Part shown: positions 11,185-23,356 of the stretch, in pieces
Numbering within the stretch: position 1 is the first letter of the stretch
How the letters are laid out: each line of letters opens with the position of its first letter
Notes under the pieces: model-generated
Told to the model about the DNA's origin: nothing
Databases searched by the model: none
What the model saw: only the letters and a program-made list of their open reading frames with translations
Source: TPA_inf: Saccharomyces
Lineage: Eukaryota
DNA length: 64,000 nt
Direction: 5' to 3'
Assembly (NCBI GenBank): GCA_000146045.2
Contig: BK006937.2
Coordinates: 128,001-192,000 of the forward strand
Position numbers and translations under genes: made by a program

Positions 11185-12933
11185 TTATGCAGTTTTTTTT
11201 TCCCATTCGATATTTCTATGTTCGGGTTCAGCGTATTTTAAGTTTAATAACTCGAAAATTCTGCGTTCGTTAAAGCTTTCGAGAAGGATATTATTTCGAA
11301 ATAAACCGTGTTGTGTAAGCTTGAAGCCTTTTTGCGCTGCCAATATTCTTATCCATCTATTGTACTCTTTAGATCCAGTATAGTGTATTCTTCCTGCTCC
11401 AAGCTCATCCCACTTGCAACAAAAAAAGTCTAATCTTCTGCAATAATTTCCATCCTTGGCATTCAGAGACATATATTGGTCAATCGGTTTTAATTTTGTT
11501 TCTTCTTCTTCTTCTTCTTCAATTAACAATGTGCCTTCATCATTTTTCATTTCTTTCAGTTCTTCTAATTCTCTTGGAGACAATTTGACTCCCATGAAAA
11601 ATTTCTTGATTATCTCAGAAGAATACCACCTCTTTCTTTCTCCATACCCAACAATCTTCGCTGTACGAAATCTCTCCACTATTCTTTTTAAGAATAGCTT
11701 TTCCAAGTTTGGCGTTAGCTGTAAAAAACAATGGATATAGCCATCCTTGTACAACTTAATACAAAGCGTTTCCATGATTTTTGCCAACTCGGTCGTGTCA
11801 TTACAAAACGGCTTGAAAAATAAAAGATCAATGTCACCACACTTGGAATAGCCCCTATTATAACTTCCCTGTAATTCGACTTGGCATTCAGGATCAATGC
11901 CACGCAGCGCTTTTTGAACCTTCTTTAAATGTGTGAAACATTCATTCCGAGACATCTTGCATAACCAATCGTCGTAATATGACCAACCAAATAAAATTGT
12001 CCAATCTGATACAAACTCCTCTGGGTCCTTCTTAGCTGCAACACAAAAGCTTTCAAAATTTAGAAGATTCCAGCGTTTAGCAATTTCCGACCCAATGCCG
12101 TAACAATTTTTGAAGTATTTCAACTTGTCTTCTAATCCCACTGAATCATTTAAACCTGGTAAAACTCCCGTATCTAATATAACTTGTATTTTTTTGGCAA
12201 TACTAGGCCCGATATTCCTTAATTTAGTATGTGCTTCTTCACCGGAACGAACATTGAAATCGCAATTTTCCATCGACTGTTTAGCCAGTCTATAACTTCT
12301 TGCACGAAATTTCTCACCTTCGATCTCATATTTTTTTGTTAACCTTTTCAACGCTCCGATAATCAATTCATTGTTTTTGTACTTCGTTTTGTCAGTAACA
12401 AGGGAAGCTCTTCCTTTATCCCCCTGTAAGAGTCGCTTAAGAGGTTTTGAAGCTTGTATCATATCTTTATTGTTGCTGTCATCATTCCTTTCACTTTCTA
12501 CGTCAGTTGAAATCTCACTCTCTTTATCAGTAGAACTTTGTCCGTCATCAGCGTTATCTGATATAACGATAATGGATGGTTGAAATTTAATCAAATCATC
12601 TTTTTGAAACGCAAATTTATCATTCTGGACCCACTTTGTGATGCAACTGGTTTTCACACATTGAATGCCTGACTGTTCAATCTTACCAAGAAATTCATCG
12701 ACATCATTTAAGCCTGCTTCCCTTTGGAAAATATCTTTCTGAGTCAAATGCATATCAGAATCAACAAAGGAGTCCTCAATCAAAATGACCACTTCCTTAC
12801 GGCTAGATTGAAGACAATTTTGAATACTTGACACAATTGTGGCGCCCTTTTTCTCCAATATACTCTTAAAGAACTTATTGGAAGATGTGTTAGGATTAGG
12901 TAAAAAGGCGAAAAATTTACCCTTTAGAGACAT
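11185..12933 (-). CDS. POL4: DNA polymerase IV (Pol X family, Pol lambda-like), 582 aa
   Basis: ORF track 582 aa. The Pol X nucleotidyltransferase motif GSYNRGYSKCGDIDLL is present, and an N-terminal BRCT-like region is present. The sequence contains an EEEEEEE run encoded by (GAA)7. Confidence 0.9.
   Translation of the reverse strand: MSLKGKFFAFLPNPNTSSNKFFKSILEKKGATIVSSIQNCLQSSRKEVVILIEDSFVDSDMHLTQKDIFQREAGLNDVDEFLGKIEQSGIQCVKTSCITKWVQNDKFAFQKDDLIKFQPSIIVISDNADDGQSSTDKESEISTDVESERNDDSNNKDMIQASKPLKRLLQGDKGRASLVTDKTKYKNNELIIGALKRLTKKYEIEGEKFRARSYRLAKQSMENCDFNVRSGEEAHTKLRNIGPSIAKKIQVILDTGVLPGLNDSVGLEDKLKYFKNCYGIGSEIAKRWNLLNFESFCVAAKKDPEEFVSDWTILFGWSYYDDWLCKMSRNECFTHLKKVQKALRGIDPECQVELQGSYNRGYSKCGDIDLLFFKPFCNDTTELAKIMETLCIKLYKDGYIHCFLQLTPNLEKLFLKRIVERFRTAKIVGYGERKRWYSSEIIKKFFMGVKLSPRELEELKEMKNDEGTLLIEEEEEEETKLKPIDQYMSLNAKDGNYCRRLDFFCCKWDELGAGRIHYTGSKEYNRWIRILAAQKGFKLTQHGLFRNNILLESFNERRIFELLNLKYAEPEHRNIEWEKKTA
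11499..11520 (-). repeat. coding (GAA)7 trinucleotide repeat in POL4 (poly-Glu)
   Basis: The + strand reads ttcttcttcttcttcttcttc. The protein shows LLIEEEEEEETKLK. Confidence 0.9.
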
Positions 12934-13216
12934 GTGCGATTTGTCTAACAGGTCGCATGTTTATCCTTTACTTATTATCACTGTGACATATAAGTTCTTT
13001 GCAAGCCCTTAAAATTATTAGCCCCATGTATTTGAACATCTCAAAGTAATTTTAGACCGAGACCGATTACGGAGATAGAAGAATAGTGCAAGTGAAATAC
13101 TATTTTATCTTTACTTAAAAAAGAAAAAACAGGAGGAAAATTAGCGGTATTCCATTATTATTAGCACTGCAACGTCCTGGTTATATAAATTTGAATATAC
13201 AGGATTTCATCCGTTT

Positions 13217-14170
13217 CTACATTTTTGTTACCTGCATGATCAAATCTTTTAAAGAGTCCCAGGATTTCACAAGGTAGGCACCTTTACCGCCTTCCTTTTC
13301 ACAAAACTGTAACCACGCTGGACCATTATCAGCTTCAAAACTCGAGATTTTATCCTTTGGGATACCAATAATCTTTTCGGTAATTTTTATGAATTTGGAA
13401 GGATTTTCTTGCGGGTTTATTAGCAGTACACCATTAGTAGATGGATGTAATATGGACAACAAGTCAGTCTCACTATCCCCTATATACCAATAGCTGCAAG
13501 AATTTCCTTCTTTATTGCAACCTGAGTCGATCTTATCTAATATTTCACCCAGTATCTTGACCTTATCAGAGCCTGTCAATAACCGACAATCAAATTCACC
13601 ATTGTAGCTTTGAGAACACTTGTCACTAACTTTTTTTAGATCGTTACAAAAAATATGACTATTTTTAAGTCTTCTGTCACCAATGACTTCATGAATAAAC
13701 TCTTTTGACCAATTTATAGATAAAACGTAAAAATCACTTTCAAAATTTTTGACAACTGAAGAGCAAAACGTTTTGAAACCATCTCTTAGTAAACAATCTT
13801 CGTGATTCTGATCTCTGGCGAACGTTTTCATTTGATCCAAAGAAATCGACTTAAAAATCTGTTGTTTTGTAATTTCATTTACACTATTTAACTCAACAAC
13901 CCTGTTATGATTTTGATATTTTAATTCGTCCGCAAACAACTTATTGAAGTTAGACTGCGAAATTATCGTAGGTACGCCTGAAGATAACAACGGCAGTGAT
14001 CTCGTTCCATTGTATTTGTATTTATGGTATCCGTCCATATATGTCTTGGTAAAATGACCCCACTCAGGTTTCAACCGCGGGTTCAGTAGATACGGTAATT
14101 TAGCAATGGTGCAGATTGTGTCAACTCTTGTGATTGTTTCATCAAAATCTGAAATAATAATGGTTTTCAT
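13217..14170 (-). CDS. YCR015C: HAD-superfamily phosphatase-like protein of unknown function, about 317-320 aa
   Basis: ORF track 320 aa (13217..14179). HAD motif I DFDETIT (DxDxT) lies right at the N-terminus. I placed the start at the second ATG (MKTIIISDFDETIT), giving 317 aa. Choosing between MEDM... and MKT... is an inference. Confidence 0.8.
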   Translation of the reverse strand: MKTIIISDFDETITRVDTICTIAKLPYLLNPRLKPEWGHFTKTYMDGYHKYKYNGTRSLPLLSSGVPTIISQSNFNKLFADELKYQNHNRVVELNSVNEITKQQIFKSISLDQMKTFARDQNHEDCLLRDGFKTFCSSVVKNFESDFYVLSINWSKEFIHEVIGDRRLKNSHIFCNDLKKVSDKCSQSYNGEFDCRLLTGSDKVKILGEILDKIDSGCNKEGNSCSYWYIGDSETDLLSILHPSTNGVLLINPQENPSKFIKITEKIIGIPKDKISSFEADNGPAWLQFCEKEGGKGAYLVKSWDSLKDLIMQVTKM

Positions 14171-14363
14171 ATCCTCCACTGTTCGCTTCTGGTTACTGCA
14201 ATTGTTAAATGCATTGGCTCGATTGTCAACATTGCTTTGTGCGAAGAAAGGTCGCTTTTAAAGAAAACGATAAGAACTAACCTCTAACTACATAATAATA
14301 AGAAAAAAGTATACAGATAAACAAGCTCAGTAGTAATACATAAAATAAAAAGTTTTGCAAATC

Positions 14364-14546
14364 GATTGTCCACACACTTCTATATCAATTCCAACTAAGA
14401 AAACGAAGGAACCGACTCAAACCGGTGTAAAAGCTAGGCTTTCAATCTCTGCTCCTCCAAACAAAACTAGTGCTTGATATCACATCCAATTAAATTACGT
14501 AAATAATTTTAGAGTGACACCATCGTACAAAGAGGGCATTAAGCTT
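14364..14546 (-). ncRNA. SNR33: candidate H/ACA box snoRNA (possibly snR33)
   Basis: Memory places snR33 between YCR015C and tG(GCC)C. On the minus strand the span ends ...GGACAATC, an ACA box exactly 3 nt from the proposed 3' end. ANANNA-type motifs (ATATCA, ATAGAA) are present internally. I have not folded it. Confidence 0.35.
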
Positions 14547-14700
14547 ATTTTTTTAATTCTTATGAAAAAAAAAATGTGAAAGAGAGTAGAAAATTTTCAT
14601 AACGAATCTCTTCTATTCTTATGTACCGTTCCGCCAAATTTTTCATGAAAAAATTTGGGAAAAAGAAAAAAAAAAAAAATAGTATATAAAGTAAAAAAGA

Positions 14701-14771
14701 TGCGCAAGCCCGGAATCGAACCGGGGGCCCAACGATGGCAACGTTGGATTTTACCACTAAACCACTTGCGC
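14701..14771 (-). tRNA. tG(GCC)C: tRNA-Gly (anticodon GCC)
   Basis: The reverse complement is GCGCAAGTGGTTTAGTGGTAAAATCCAACGTTGCCATCGTTGGGCCCCCGGTTCGATTCCGGGCTTGCGCA. The 7-nt anticodon loop TTGCCAT gives anticodon GCC, and the T-arm GGTTCGATTCC is intact. This is identical to yeast tRNA-Gly(GCC). Confidence 0.95.
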
Positions 14772-14807
14772 TAGTAATCTTGATACATGATTCGAGAAAA
14801 GCAACAA

Positions 14808-15080
14808 TATTATGTATACGGAATATACTAGGAGTTCTCTTCAAGGATAGAGGAATCCTCAAAATGGAATCCATATTTCTACATACTAATATTACGATTA
14901 TCCCTTCTTCTATTTTATATGTTTCATTATCCTATTACATTATCAATCCTTGCACTTCAGCTTCCTCTAACTTCGATGACAGCTTCTCATAACTTATGTC
15001 ATCATCTTAACACCGTATATGATAATATATTGATAATATAACTATTAGTTGATAGACGATAGTGGATTTCTATTCCAACA
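14808..15080 (-). mobile_element. solo Ty1/Ty2-type delta LTR, truncated at one end
   Basis: It ends ...ATTCCAACA, the reverse complement of the LTR terminus TGTTGGAAT. It is about 90 percent similar over its length to the deltas at 23522-23851 and 41217-41544. It lies about 35 bp upstream of tRNA-Gly. Confidence 0.85.
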
Positions 15081-15633
15081 AGAACATCCTTGAAAGGTCG
15101 ACTATTAACATAAGAATAAGAGAGAGTGTGTGGCCGATGCTGTTGCTATAGCTCGGTCGTAGTTTAACACCACGGCATTATTCAGCTTTAAAACAATTGA
15201 ATTATAAACCTGCTTTTCTTACTACGAAAAGTGTTTCCCTTTAATAAATCTATTGTACATACTTTACAGTTGATAGTACCTTCACCATAAAAATATGCAA
15301 ACGCTTTTGTTATTGGGAACAGGAATACCAACCGTTCTCATGGAAAATAGCAAAGTGTAAAAGAATTTATTATCATCGAGTGATAAAGAATATCGCCAGA
15401 TCTTTACGGATATATATCGCTAAAAATATTTGTCGCCAATAAAAGATATGTCTAACGCTCCCTTTGCAGGTAGTTTTTTACTGGCATCGCCTTTTTACTG
15501 CAAATTATTGAAAATTTTCGAGCGAGAAAAAGGAACGAAAAGAGATGAGCTAAATTCAAATATCAAAGTACTGTCATAAGTGCTTTCTTTATCGACAAAT
15601 TACAAGCAGAAGAAACATTCACTTCACAATTAA

Positions 15634-16506
15634 ATGTCCGAAAATCACGTTCCTGCCTGGAAAAGAATTGCTTTGAAGAGACAGACTATAAGCAGTGGTG
15701 ACGAAAGTAAAGAAAAAGGCCAATCCAATCTAATAGATGATGATCCACTAAATATCACTACGCATTTATCCACTGGTAATTTGACAAAGAAAGAGAAAAA
15801 AAGAATCATTAATGGTGAGAGCAAATCCTCTACCAAAAAAGGGAAGCGTGTGTCGAAACCAGGGACGAAGAAGAAGGAAAAATTGTCAAAGGATGAAAAG
15901 AATTCGAAAAAAAATAAAATTCTTAAAGATCAATTACGTTACCTGATAGAATTTTTCAGGACAAAGTCTGAGAGCAAGTTTCCCACCGGAATCCTAGAAT
16001 TGGAAAGTGTAAAAGAAAATTACGGCGACTCCCTGATCAAAGACGAGCCATCAGAGTCTGGTGTTGTTGAAGTTTGGAAATTTTCCAAGCAAAAGCAAAA
16101 TTGGCTTATTAAGCATTTTTTCAACTTGGACGAAATCCCCTCAGTATATAATGATCTTTTGCTTTTATATTTCAGGGACTTACAAGGTAAATCAAAAGAA
16201 GAACTAATATCAAAATGCAAAGGAAAACTGAAGCAATGGAACGACTATGTGGAAGATCAAGAAACAAAAATAAAAGCGTTAATTGCAGAGGATAAGGCTA
16301 GCGAACCAATTAATGGTGAAGAAAAAGAAGAAGGTGAAAAAGACGGTAATGCCGAACAAGGGAAGCAAAAAGAGGTACAAGACGAGCAAGAGGAAGTACA
16401 AATGCCGAATAAAGAGCTTGTTCAAAGAAGTCTGAAATTACTAGAAATTTGGAAGAATGATGACTCGGAGCAGATAGAACTTAAGAATTTCTTCGTTGAT
16501 GTTTAA
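15634..16506 (+). CDS. YCR016W: Lys/Glu-rich protein of unknown function, 290 aa
   Basis: ORF track 290 aa with highly charged KKEKK-rich low-complexity sequence. Position matches YCR016W. Confidence 0.8.
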   Translation: MSENHVPAWKRIALKRQTISSGDESKEKGQSNLIDDDPLNITTHLSTGNLTKKEKKRIINGESKSSTKKGKRVSKPGTKKKEKLSKDEKNSKKNKILKDQLRYLIEFFRTKSESKFPTGILELESVKENYGDSLIKDEPSESGVVEVWKFSKQKQNWLIKHFFNLDEIPSVYNDLLLLYFRDLQGKSKEELISKCKGKLKQWNDYVEDQETKIKALIAEDKASEPINGEEKEEGEKDGNAEQGKQKEVQDEQEEVQMPNKELVQRSLKLLEIWKNDDSEQIELKNFFVDV

Positions 16507-16772
16507 CATAGAGTTCAACAACGTTGTTCAGTTGTAGTATATATTTTACTGTGAAATACGCTCAAAAAGTAGCGGGATAAATCGTTTCAGGAAGTATAAT
16601 TTCTTACAAAACTATAACAAGATCGTCTAAGTAACATACATAAAGAAATCACATAAATTTTTAAAATTCGAGGTCAAAAAAATCAGGTGGATACATAACT
16701 TACCTTAAGTTATCAAGATTTTCAGTACACACAATGTGATTACACTGATTTATAAAACCACCTTACGGCCTC

Positions 16773-19634
16773 TTATAAGTAATAACGTGGCTCATCAAAA
16801 ACATGGTAGAAGTGACCCCTCTCACCTTCGCCTAAAAACTTATCTGGAAATTTCATGTCCTCATATTCCGGTTCACTCATATGACCGTATTCATACATAG
16901 AATCCGAGTGCTCTACTAACGCTTGCTCACTCAAAACTTGGAACTTACCAACTTGTAGCTCCGTATCGGTTATCGTTCCTCTTGCAACTCTAGCATATCC
17001 TGTTCTTCTCAAGCCCCTATACAAGATATACTCACACCATCTATCATCGTCAGAAGGATCAATGTCGTGCATTCCGGATGTTTCACTAACGTACGTATTG
17101 TAGTTGCCTTCACCTGGATCAACAACTAAGTAACTTAATAAAATAGCTGGGCGAGTCGTATTGCCCATGAGCTTAGCCATGTAGTTACTTTGCAGTCTTC
17201 TATCCTCTTCATCCTCTTCTTGTCCACTATGGAATACAAAGACGTCAACGAGAGTGTCATTGTACGTTTGAAGTGTGGCATGAATGGCTGGCGCAAGTTC
17301 CCCAACTGGAGAGGGCAATAAATGATGCGTAGAATTTACGATAGGGAATTTAGAAAGAAGAACACAGCCCCAGGTATGTTTATTTGGACCTGGTCCGAAA
17401 TCTGCATACATATTCAAATCATGAGCTAGTTTGCTAGTTAGATCCCTGTTCCCCATGGTAATTCTTTGTGTATCTGTTTCTAGTAGACCTACCACATCTA
17501 GTTCCATATCTTTAATAAGGTTGATCATTCTGTCTTCAGATGCCCACATATCATTATCGAGACCAAAGTGGATAGTCCAAATACCAGCTGTAATCAACTG
17601 AGAATCTGGATGATAAGGCTGAGGAATTCCTGTAGGTCTAATATCATACACGAACCTAGCTGTTAGTGATAGCAGGGCCACGGCAAAGAAGAAAACATAA
17701 ATGAAGAATTTTTTGCCCATAGTCACCAGTTGAATGTTAAGGTTTTTGCATGTTAAAGCACCAATAATGATAAATGTGGAAGAAAAGGCAAGAACCGTCT
17801 CAATCTTCTCCCTCAGTACCCAGCCCATTGGAACAAATGCGTATGCAACGACCCAAACATGGGCAAGGACAAAGATAATATAAACGGAGAATGATAGGAC
17901 ATAAACCCATATGTTTTGAACTTGGCCTAATGCAGAAAAATACGAAGGAACTAACCAAAGCATAGCGATAGCGTACAATAAACCACCGAAAATATATTTA
18001 GGCCATTGTGTAATGCTTCTAGCTGAAAGTACAGCAGTGGATATGAGAAGCAACAAACATGGAACTAATGGCTTGCCCATAAACTTCACAGAACTCAAAG
18101 AAGCAAATAACATGACCGTACAAGTTAAGGCGCCCCAAGGCCATGGCAAGGGACCGTGTGATTCATTGTAACCTTCCCATGCCCAATAAATAGTAGTAGA
18201 AGAATCCGTCAATAACTGATGAATTCCGAATAACAACGAGCCAAAACCAACAGCCAAAAATAATTTGCCAATCAACGAAGCAGATTTTGCTTGAGCATTC
18301 CTTTTCCCTTCGAAATTAATTGAATTAACATAAGGCGACAGCATGCCGAATAAAACAGTAAGCACGAGAGCTGTCTTATTATACCCACCATTACGTTCAT
18401 CTAAAATGACCCAAGTTGGATTGTTGGTATAGAACCCCATTTTCAAGATCACAGATGCAACAAGACCTAACAGCCAAGTTAGAGCAAAAGAGAAACTAGT
18501 CTCCGCATTTGTGATATATCTTAGATTTTGTACAAACGTTGCAACGGTAATGGAAGTTCCCACAGCTACAGAAATCAACCTTAATTCTGGCATCTGAACA
18601 ATATAGGCACCAATGGCAATAATACCTCCTAAAAGTACACCATATTGCGTGAAGGCTTCAGAAACGAACGGCAGATATAAGAAAATGGGTCCCAAATAAC
18701 CCAATATTGCAGCTTCATAACCTGAGATTCCCATATACCATAGCGGGAAATGCCAAATACTACATAACAGGGACGTAACGTTCGACCAGAAAAGAAAACC
18801 GTTAAAAATATTTGTTAGTAAGTAAAAAAAAGAGTCAAACCTGAAATATGAACCAGTTGCGCTTCTAGCAACGGGTTTTTCCTTTTCAACCTTCTTTTCA
18901 CCACTTTTCTGCAATTCTGAACTTTTTTCTTCTCCATAATTTATGGGACTAGAGTCTCTAATTTGGAAAAAACTGGTATTACCGGGTTTCTCATTAAAAG
19001 CGAGAACAATATCTATCTTTTTGAAATCAGCGTAAGCAAATGCATCAAATGCAATATCTAAAAGAATCAGAGACCATTCGAAATAAGCATATATAGAATA
19101 TGCCCCAGCTCTCTGTTGGACGGAGTGCTGAATGTACCAGTAAATCATCGGGAACAATGTTCCAAAAAAAATTGTAGCAGTCAACCCTTTGTTCTTCGAA
19201 GTTAAAGGACTAGAATAGCGGGTAATCATTATATCCCATGGTAACGTTAAAACAATGTATGTGATCATAAATATATCATGAATATCGTGGTCATCTGTAC
19301 TTGTAATGTATACCCAACCACCGCAAGAGACTGTCCGGAGTACACCGACAAGGAAGCATACCTTAGATTGGTTCAAGTAGTAGTGACCTAGTAGCAGTAA
19401 AAATCTTGGAAAAGCAGTTAGAGCTATTAAGATTTGGAAAATAGAACGTTCCGGATAGCGGTCCCCGATAGTGGCTGATACACTAGGAAACCACTCATCT
19501 GGATACGTATAATGTGCATTGGTTACAATTTTATGAAAATGTAATGAATAACCAGTGACCAAAGCTGCAAAGAAGGCGGAGAATGCACAAATAGTATGAG
19601 CTATAGGGATGATCTTCCCATTGATGATCAGCAT
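16773..19634 (-). CDS. CWH43: GPI-anchor lipid-remodelling protein: PER1/Frag1-like multi-TM N-terminus plus C-terminal endonuclease/exonuclease/phosphatase-like domain, 953 aa
   Basis: ORF track 953 aa. About 19 hydrophobic segments are followed by a soluble C-terminal domain. Length and position match CWH43. Confidence 0.9.
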
Positions 19635-20237
19635 AACTGGCGGTGGATACCTTCTGTATTCCTGGTTACTTATTCCTCGAGAAATCGGACATTAAAAGGG
19701 TGCAAATACTGTGGAGAAATTATAAGTTACCAAGTCAAAAAGCGAATGAGAATCTATTGTTGCGATTTTTTTGGTTACTACTTCTTACCCGAACTAACTT
19801 TACATAATAAAAAAGCATGAAGCGCATATTCAGGGACTCAAAAATCCCAAACTGGCACTTCTGTATATACCGATGAGCATACTTTGATTGTAAAAAACAA
19901 CATTAAAAAGAACTGCAAACCTGAACCAAGAATACTTAATTTCAAAACCGAGAAATGAGGTACAACTTGTAGAAGTTCACTTAAACTTATTGAGCATACA
20001 ATCTCAACAAAACTAACTGCAAAGTTTGTTGCTATAGTCATATAGTAATACTAGCAGGAAGCCATTAATCAAAAAGAAACTCCATATAAAACGTAATAAA
20101 TATTATGAATAATAGTACAATATAAGAACAAAGACGAAGAAAATACATTATAACTGAAGTGCCAATATTAGAAAAAAAAAAGGTGGAATATCCTAGTGGA
20201 AAAATATCATCTATGCGGTGAAAGAATTAAATAGATA

Positions 20238-20903
20238 CTATGGATTGTTTCGATCTATCCTTTTATCTGCTGCTTGCCTTTTTTTTTCATTCTCCTTCTT
20301 CAGTCTTTTTCCATAGGCGAGTCCACAGGGACTACAAAGTTCCCTGTTTTGGTCGGGTCCACTACGCCATTGAATTGTCCAAGTGTCTTTACATTTAGAG
20401 CATTCCTTTATCTCACCATTTGGGAGGATTGTTTGTCTCTTTTCTCTTTTAGGACGACTAGTAGTCTTTTTGCTGTATTTCTTCGTAATACTGGCAGACC
20501 GACTAGTTCCTTGTGCACAACTATGGTAGCCTTCAAGATTGTTTGCTTCTTGGCTAGTCGTACGTCTCTCGGAATTGCATGCACTAGTTACACGATTCTT
20601 TGAGGGTGTAATTTCGTTCAAAGAGCTGGTTTTGTTCTTAACAATATTTCTTGTAAGATCTCTTAGTTGTTCGGCATTCTCAATTTTTTTTTCAACATCA
20701 ACAGCCCTTATTTGAGAAAAGGATACTTCAATAAATGAGCAACTTGCATAAACTCTTCCGCGTTCCTTATATGCCTTCTTTTTATCGTTTGACTTCCAGT
20801 CATCAATTTCTCTATTTAATAATAACGTTTTCTCCATATCTGACTTTTTAACTACTCTAGTTAAGAAGGAACTTCCAGAGTTGTCATAATTATTATATCG
20901 CAT
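20238..20903 (-). CDS. SRD1: GATA-type zinc-finger protein, 221 aa
   Basis: ORF track 221 aa. It has a single GATA finger, CSKCKDTWTIQWRSGPDQNRELCSPCG. Confidence 0.9.
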   Translation of the reverse strand: MRYNNYDNSGSSFLTRVVKKSDMEKTLLLNREIDDWKSNDKKKAYKERGRVYASCSFIEVSFSQIRAVDVEKKIENAEQLRDLTRNIVKNKTSSLNEITPSKNRVTSACNSERRTTSQEANNLEGYHSCAQGTSRSASITKKYSKKTTSRPKREKRQTILPNGEIKECSKCKDTWTIQWRSGPDQNRELCSPCGLAYGKRLKKENEKKRQAADKRIDRNNP

Positions 20904-21322
20904 ACTAGCAATAGTAAATGTCTGGTTATTTACCTAGCAACCTCTTAACAAAGCGATAACAATGAAACAGCAATATAAGTCTATTTAATTGACAACATCA
21001 TTGATAAAAGTTTGAACAAGCGTCTAAAAGTCGAAGAAGTTCATTTCAAAGTTTTGTGTATCGAGCTTGATGATACTTATTTAGGGATCCGCTCTAGTTT
21101 ACTGTGATACAACTGAAAAACATTACAAAGCTATCGCGCCTGCATTCTCATATTAGTGGCGTATGTTTGTGTCACATTCGATACTTCTACATAATACAAT
21201 GACTGAACCCTTACCGCTGGCACAGGAATACCGCGCCGCGAAAGCAGGGTCTAGGAGAAACAATAGAATTCTTGGCGATGAGAGAGGGGAAGGCTTTAAT
21301 AAAAAAAAATAGCGCTTATCCG

Positions 21323-21815
21323 ATTCTGTTGGAATAAGTGGCTATCAATATTTACATGTTGATATGGTAGTAAGGATATAAATGCTTATATTGAATATTT
21401 GGAATAAGCATCAACTATCACTTATTGAAAAGGACTCGAACAAAAAAATATGAAATGTCGAAAGCCACATCACTGAGAAGTTGTTGGATTGAAGCTCTAA
21501 AATGTCATCTTTTAGTAGTATTCGTGTTACTAGTATATTATCACATGCGGTGTAAAAAGATGACGTAAAGATTGAGAAACAGTCATCAACTGTTATGGAA
21601 GCTGAAATGCAAATATTGATAATGTAATAGGATAATGAAACGTATAAAATGAAAAAGAATAATAAAATATTATTATGTAGAAATACCGATTCCATTTTGA
21701 GAATTCCTATATCCTTGAGAAGAACTTCTAGTATATTCTGTATACATAATATTACTGCCTTTATCAACAATGGAATGCCAAAAATTATCAAAATATCACC
21801 CAATATTCAATTTTA
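21323..21815 (+). mobile_element. composite solo-LTR remnant (delta family) with duplicated 5' ends and an internal insertion of about 85 bp
   Basis: Two LTR 5' termini (TGTTGGAATAAGTGGCTATC and TTTGGAATAAGCATCAACTATCAC) are followed by delta-like sequence: ...gtagaaataccgattccattttgagaattcctatatccttgagaagaacttctagtatattctgtatac.... It ends about 105 bp upstream of tM(CAU)C. Confidence 0.7.
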
Positions 21816-21919
21816 TTGTTGTGAAGACATCAAGCCCTAGATATATATCATAGTAGGATAAAATAGTAGAATAAAACTATTCATATATCTACGTGAAAGC
21901 ATCAGAGATTGTAATGTTG

Positions 21920-21991
21920 AGCGCCGTGGCGCAGTGGAAGCGCGCAGGGCTCATAACCCTGATGTCCTCGGATCGAAACCGAGCGGCGCTA
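21920..21991 (+). tRNA. tM(CAU)C: initiator tRNA-Met (anticodon CAU)
   Basis: AGCGCCGTGGCGCAGTGGAAGCGCGCAGGGCTCATAACCCTGATGTCCTCGGATCGAAACCGAGCGGCGCTA. This equals yeast tRNAi-Met, including the initiator-specific A1:U72 pair and GATCGAAAC T-loop. Confidence 0.95.
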
Positions 21992-22289
21992 TTAAATTTT
22001 TTGAACTGTCCATTAATAATAATGGAACTGACGTCGTCAATTACCGGTAGCTTTTTTGCCCACATTTTTAATCATCTTTTAAGTATTTGAGTATTTGTTG
22101 TTCACTAGAGTTTTACTAATTAAGGTTCTGAGAAAATAAAGATATGCATTTAGAAAAGTCGGTTCTACACCGCAAATTTCTTTATTACAGAAACATTTTA
22201 TACAAAGAGGATACATAGTTATTGGAAAGAAAATCAATTATCTTTTTGTTGGGTAGTATGAATATTACTTGTACATTATCATATACAAT

Positions 22290-22560
22290 ATAAAAAGATG
22301 TCATAGAGTTGTGAAATATTTATTATATTTAATAAAAGCTGAAGCGCAATGATTGAAAACGTTTTAGGATGATTAATGATAAAGTACAAAATGAGGAGAA
22401 GAAATAATAATAACATAAAGTGGAAATACCGGTTATCTTTTAAGGATATTATAACCTGGAGGAAAACTTCCTGGGTTCTCTGTATATTCAACACTTTTCC
22501 GTTATCAAAAATAGAATCCCAACAGTATCCCCATTTTCGTCAATATCTCCATAACGACAA
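22290..22560 (+). mobile_element. diverged delta/tau-like solo LTR fragment
   Basis: It is colinear with delta but only about 70 percent similar: ttatcatatacaatataaaaagatgtcatag...aaagctgaagcgcaatgattgaaaacg...ggaaataccggttatcttttaaggatattataacctggaggaaaacttcc.... The family assignment is uncertain. Confidence 0.4.
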
Positions 22561-23283
22561 GGTCTTCTAGATACCATATAATGACAATAACCAAGCCCAC
22601 CATTTAGGTGGATTTTTTGTGTGGTTTTGAAATTAAAACATTTTTAGAGGAAAATTGTGATCACAGAATTTCACATTCCCAGTTACTTTAATAATATTCA
22701 TAGTTAGAGATGAAGAGGTACTATTAATATGAAGGTTAAGTATGAATCTTCTCATGCTTCTATAAGCGAGGGATATAAAACATCGCCAACTGTTTCATCT
22801 TATTTATTATCAATATTATGTGTGTTTGGAGCTTACTATACAGTTAATGTGATAATTAATATAACTCTTGTATAACTACCATATCAATGTTCAATTAATA
22901 GATCTTAAATCGGTTTCATTACTACCTGAACTGCATGTATGAAATTTCCTTCCACATTAGGCACATTCACATGTAATACGAGATGTACATCTATATGTGA
23001 TATTAGCATTTACACAGCAATCCTATATCACTATTAATGGCCACTTGTTCCAAAAAGTATATATTATGAAGCGTATTATTATTTTATACTCAGATAGCTG
23101 GTGCGATACGTTCGCAGATTTTGAGCGCAATGCAATGAGTATGACGGAAAGGTTCACTCATAATTTCAATAACTCAAGTTGTTTGAATTTAAAATACATT
23201 CCCCGTTAGATAAGCTATAAACATTGTTACTTGCGCTTGCGGCACATGTAATGTAGTTTCTTTCTTTTTCCAAGAAAAAAGAA

Positions 23284-23356
23284 AGCCCTGTAGGGGGCTC
23301 GAACCCCTAACCTTATGATTAAGAGTCATACGCGCTACCGATTGCGCCAACAAGGC
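23284..23356 (-). tRNA. tK(CUU)C: tRNA-Lys (anticodon CUU)
   Basis: The reverse complement is GCCTTGTTGGCGCAATCGGTAGCGCGTATGACTCTTAATCATAAGGTTAGGGGTTCGAGCCCCCTACAGGGCT. The anticodon loop CTCTTAA gives CTT. This equals yeast tRNA-Lys(CUU). Confidence 0.95.

Noticed and set aside
14735-14992. ORFs of 60-130 aa with shared peptide motifs (…[18 protein letters not shown]…[22 protein letters not shown]) at 14735..14992 +, 21411..21803 -, 23608..23883 -, 40583..40783 + and 41614..41859 -
   Set aside because: They are read-through frames inside delta LTR copies. Their similarity reflects repeated LTR DNA, not a protein family.
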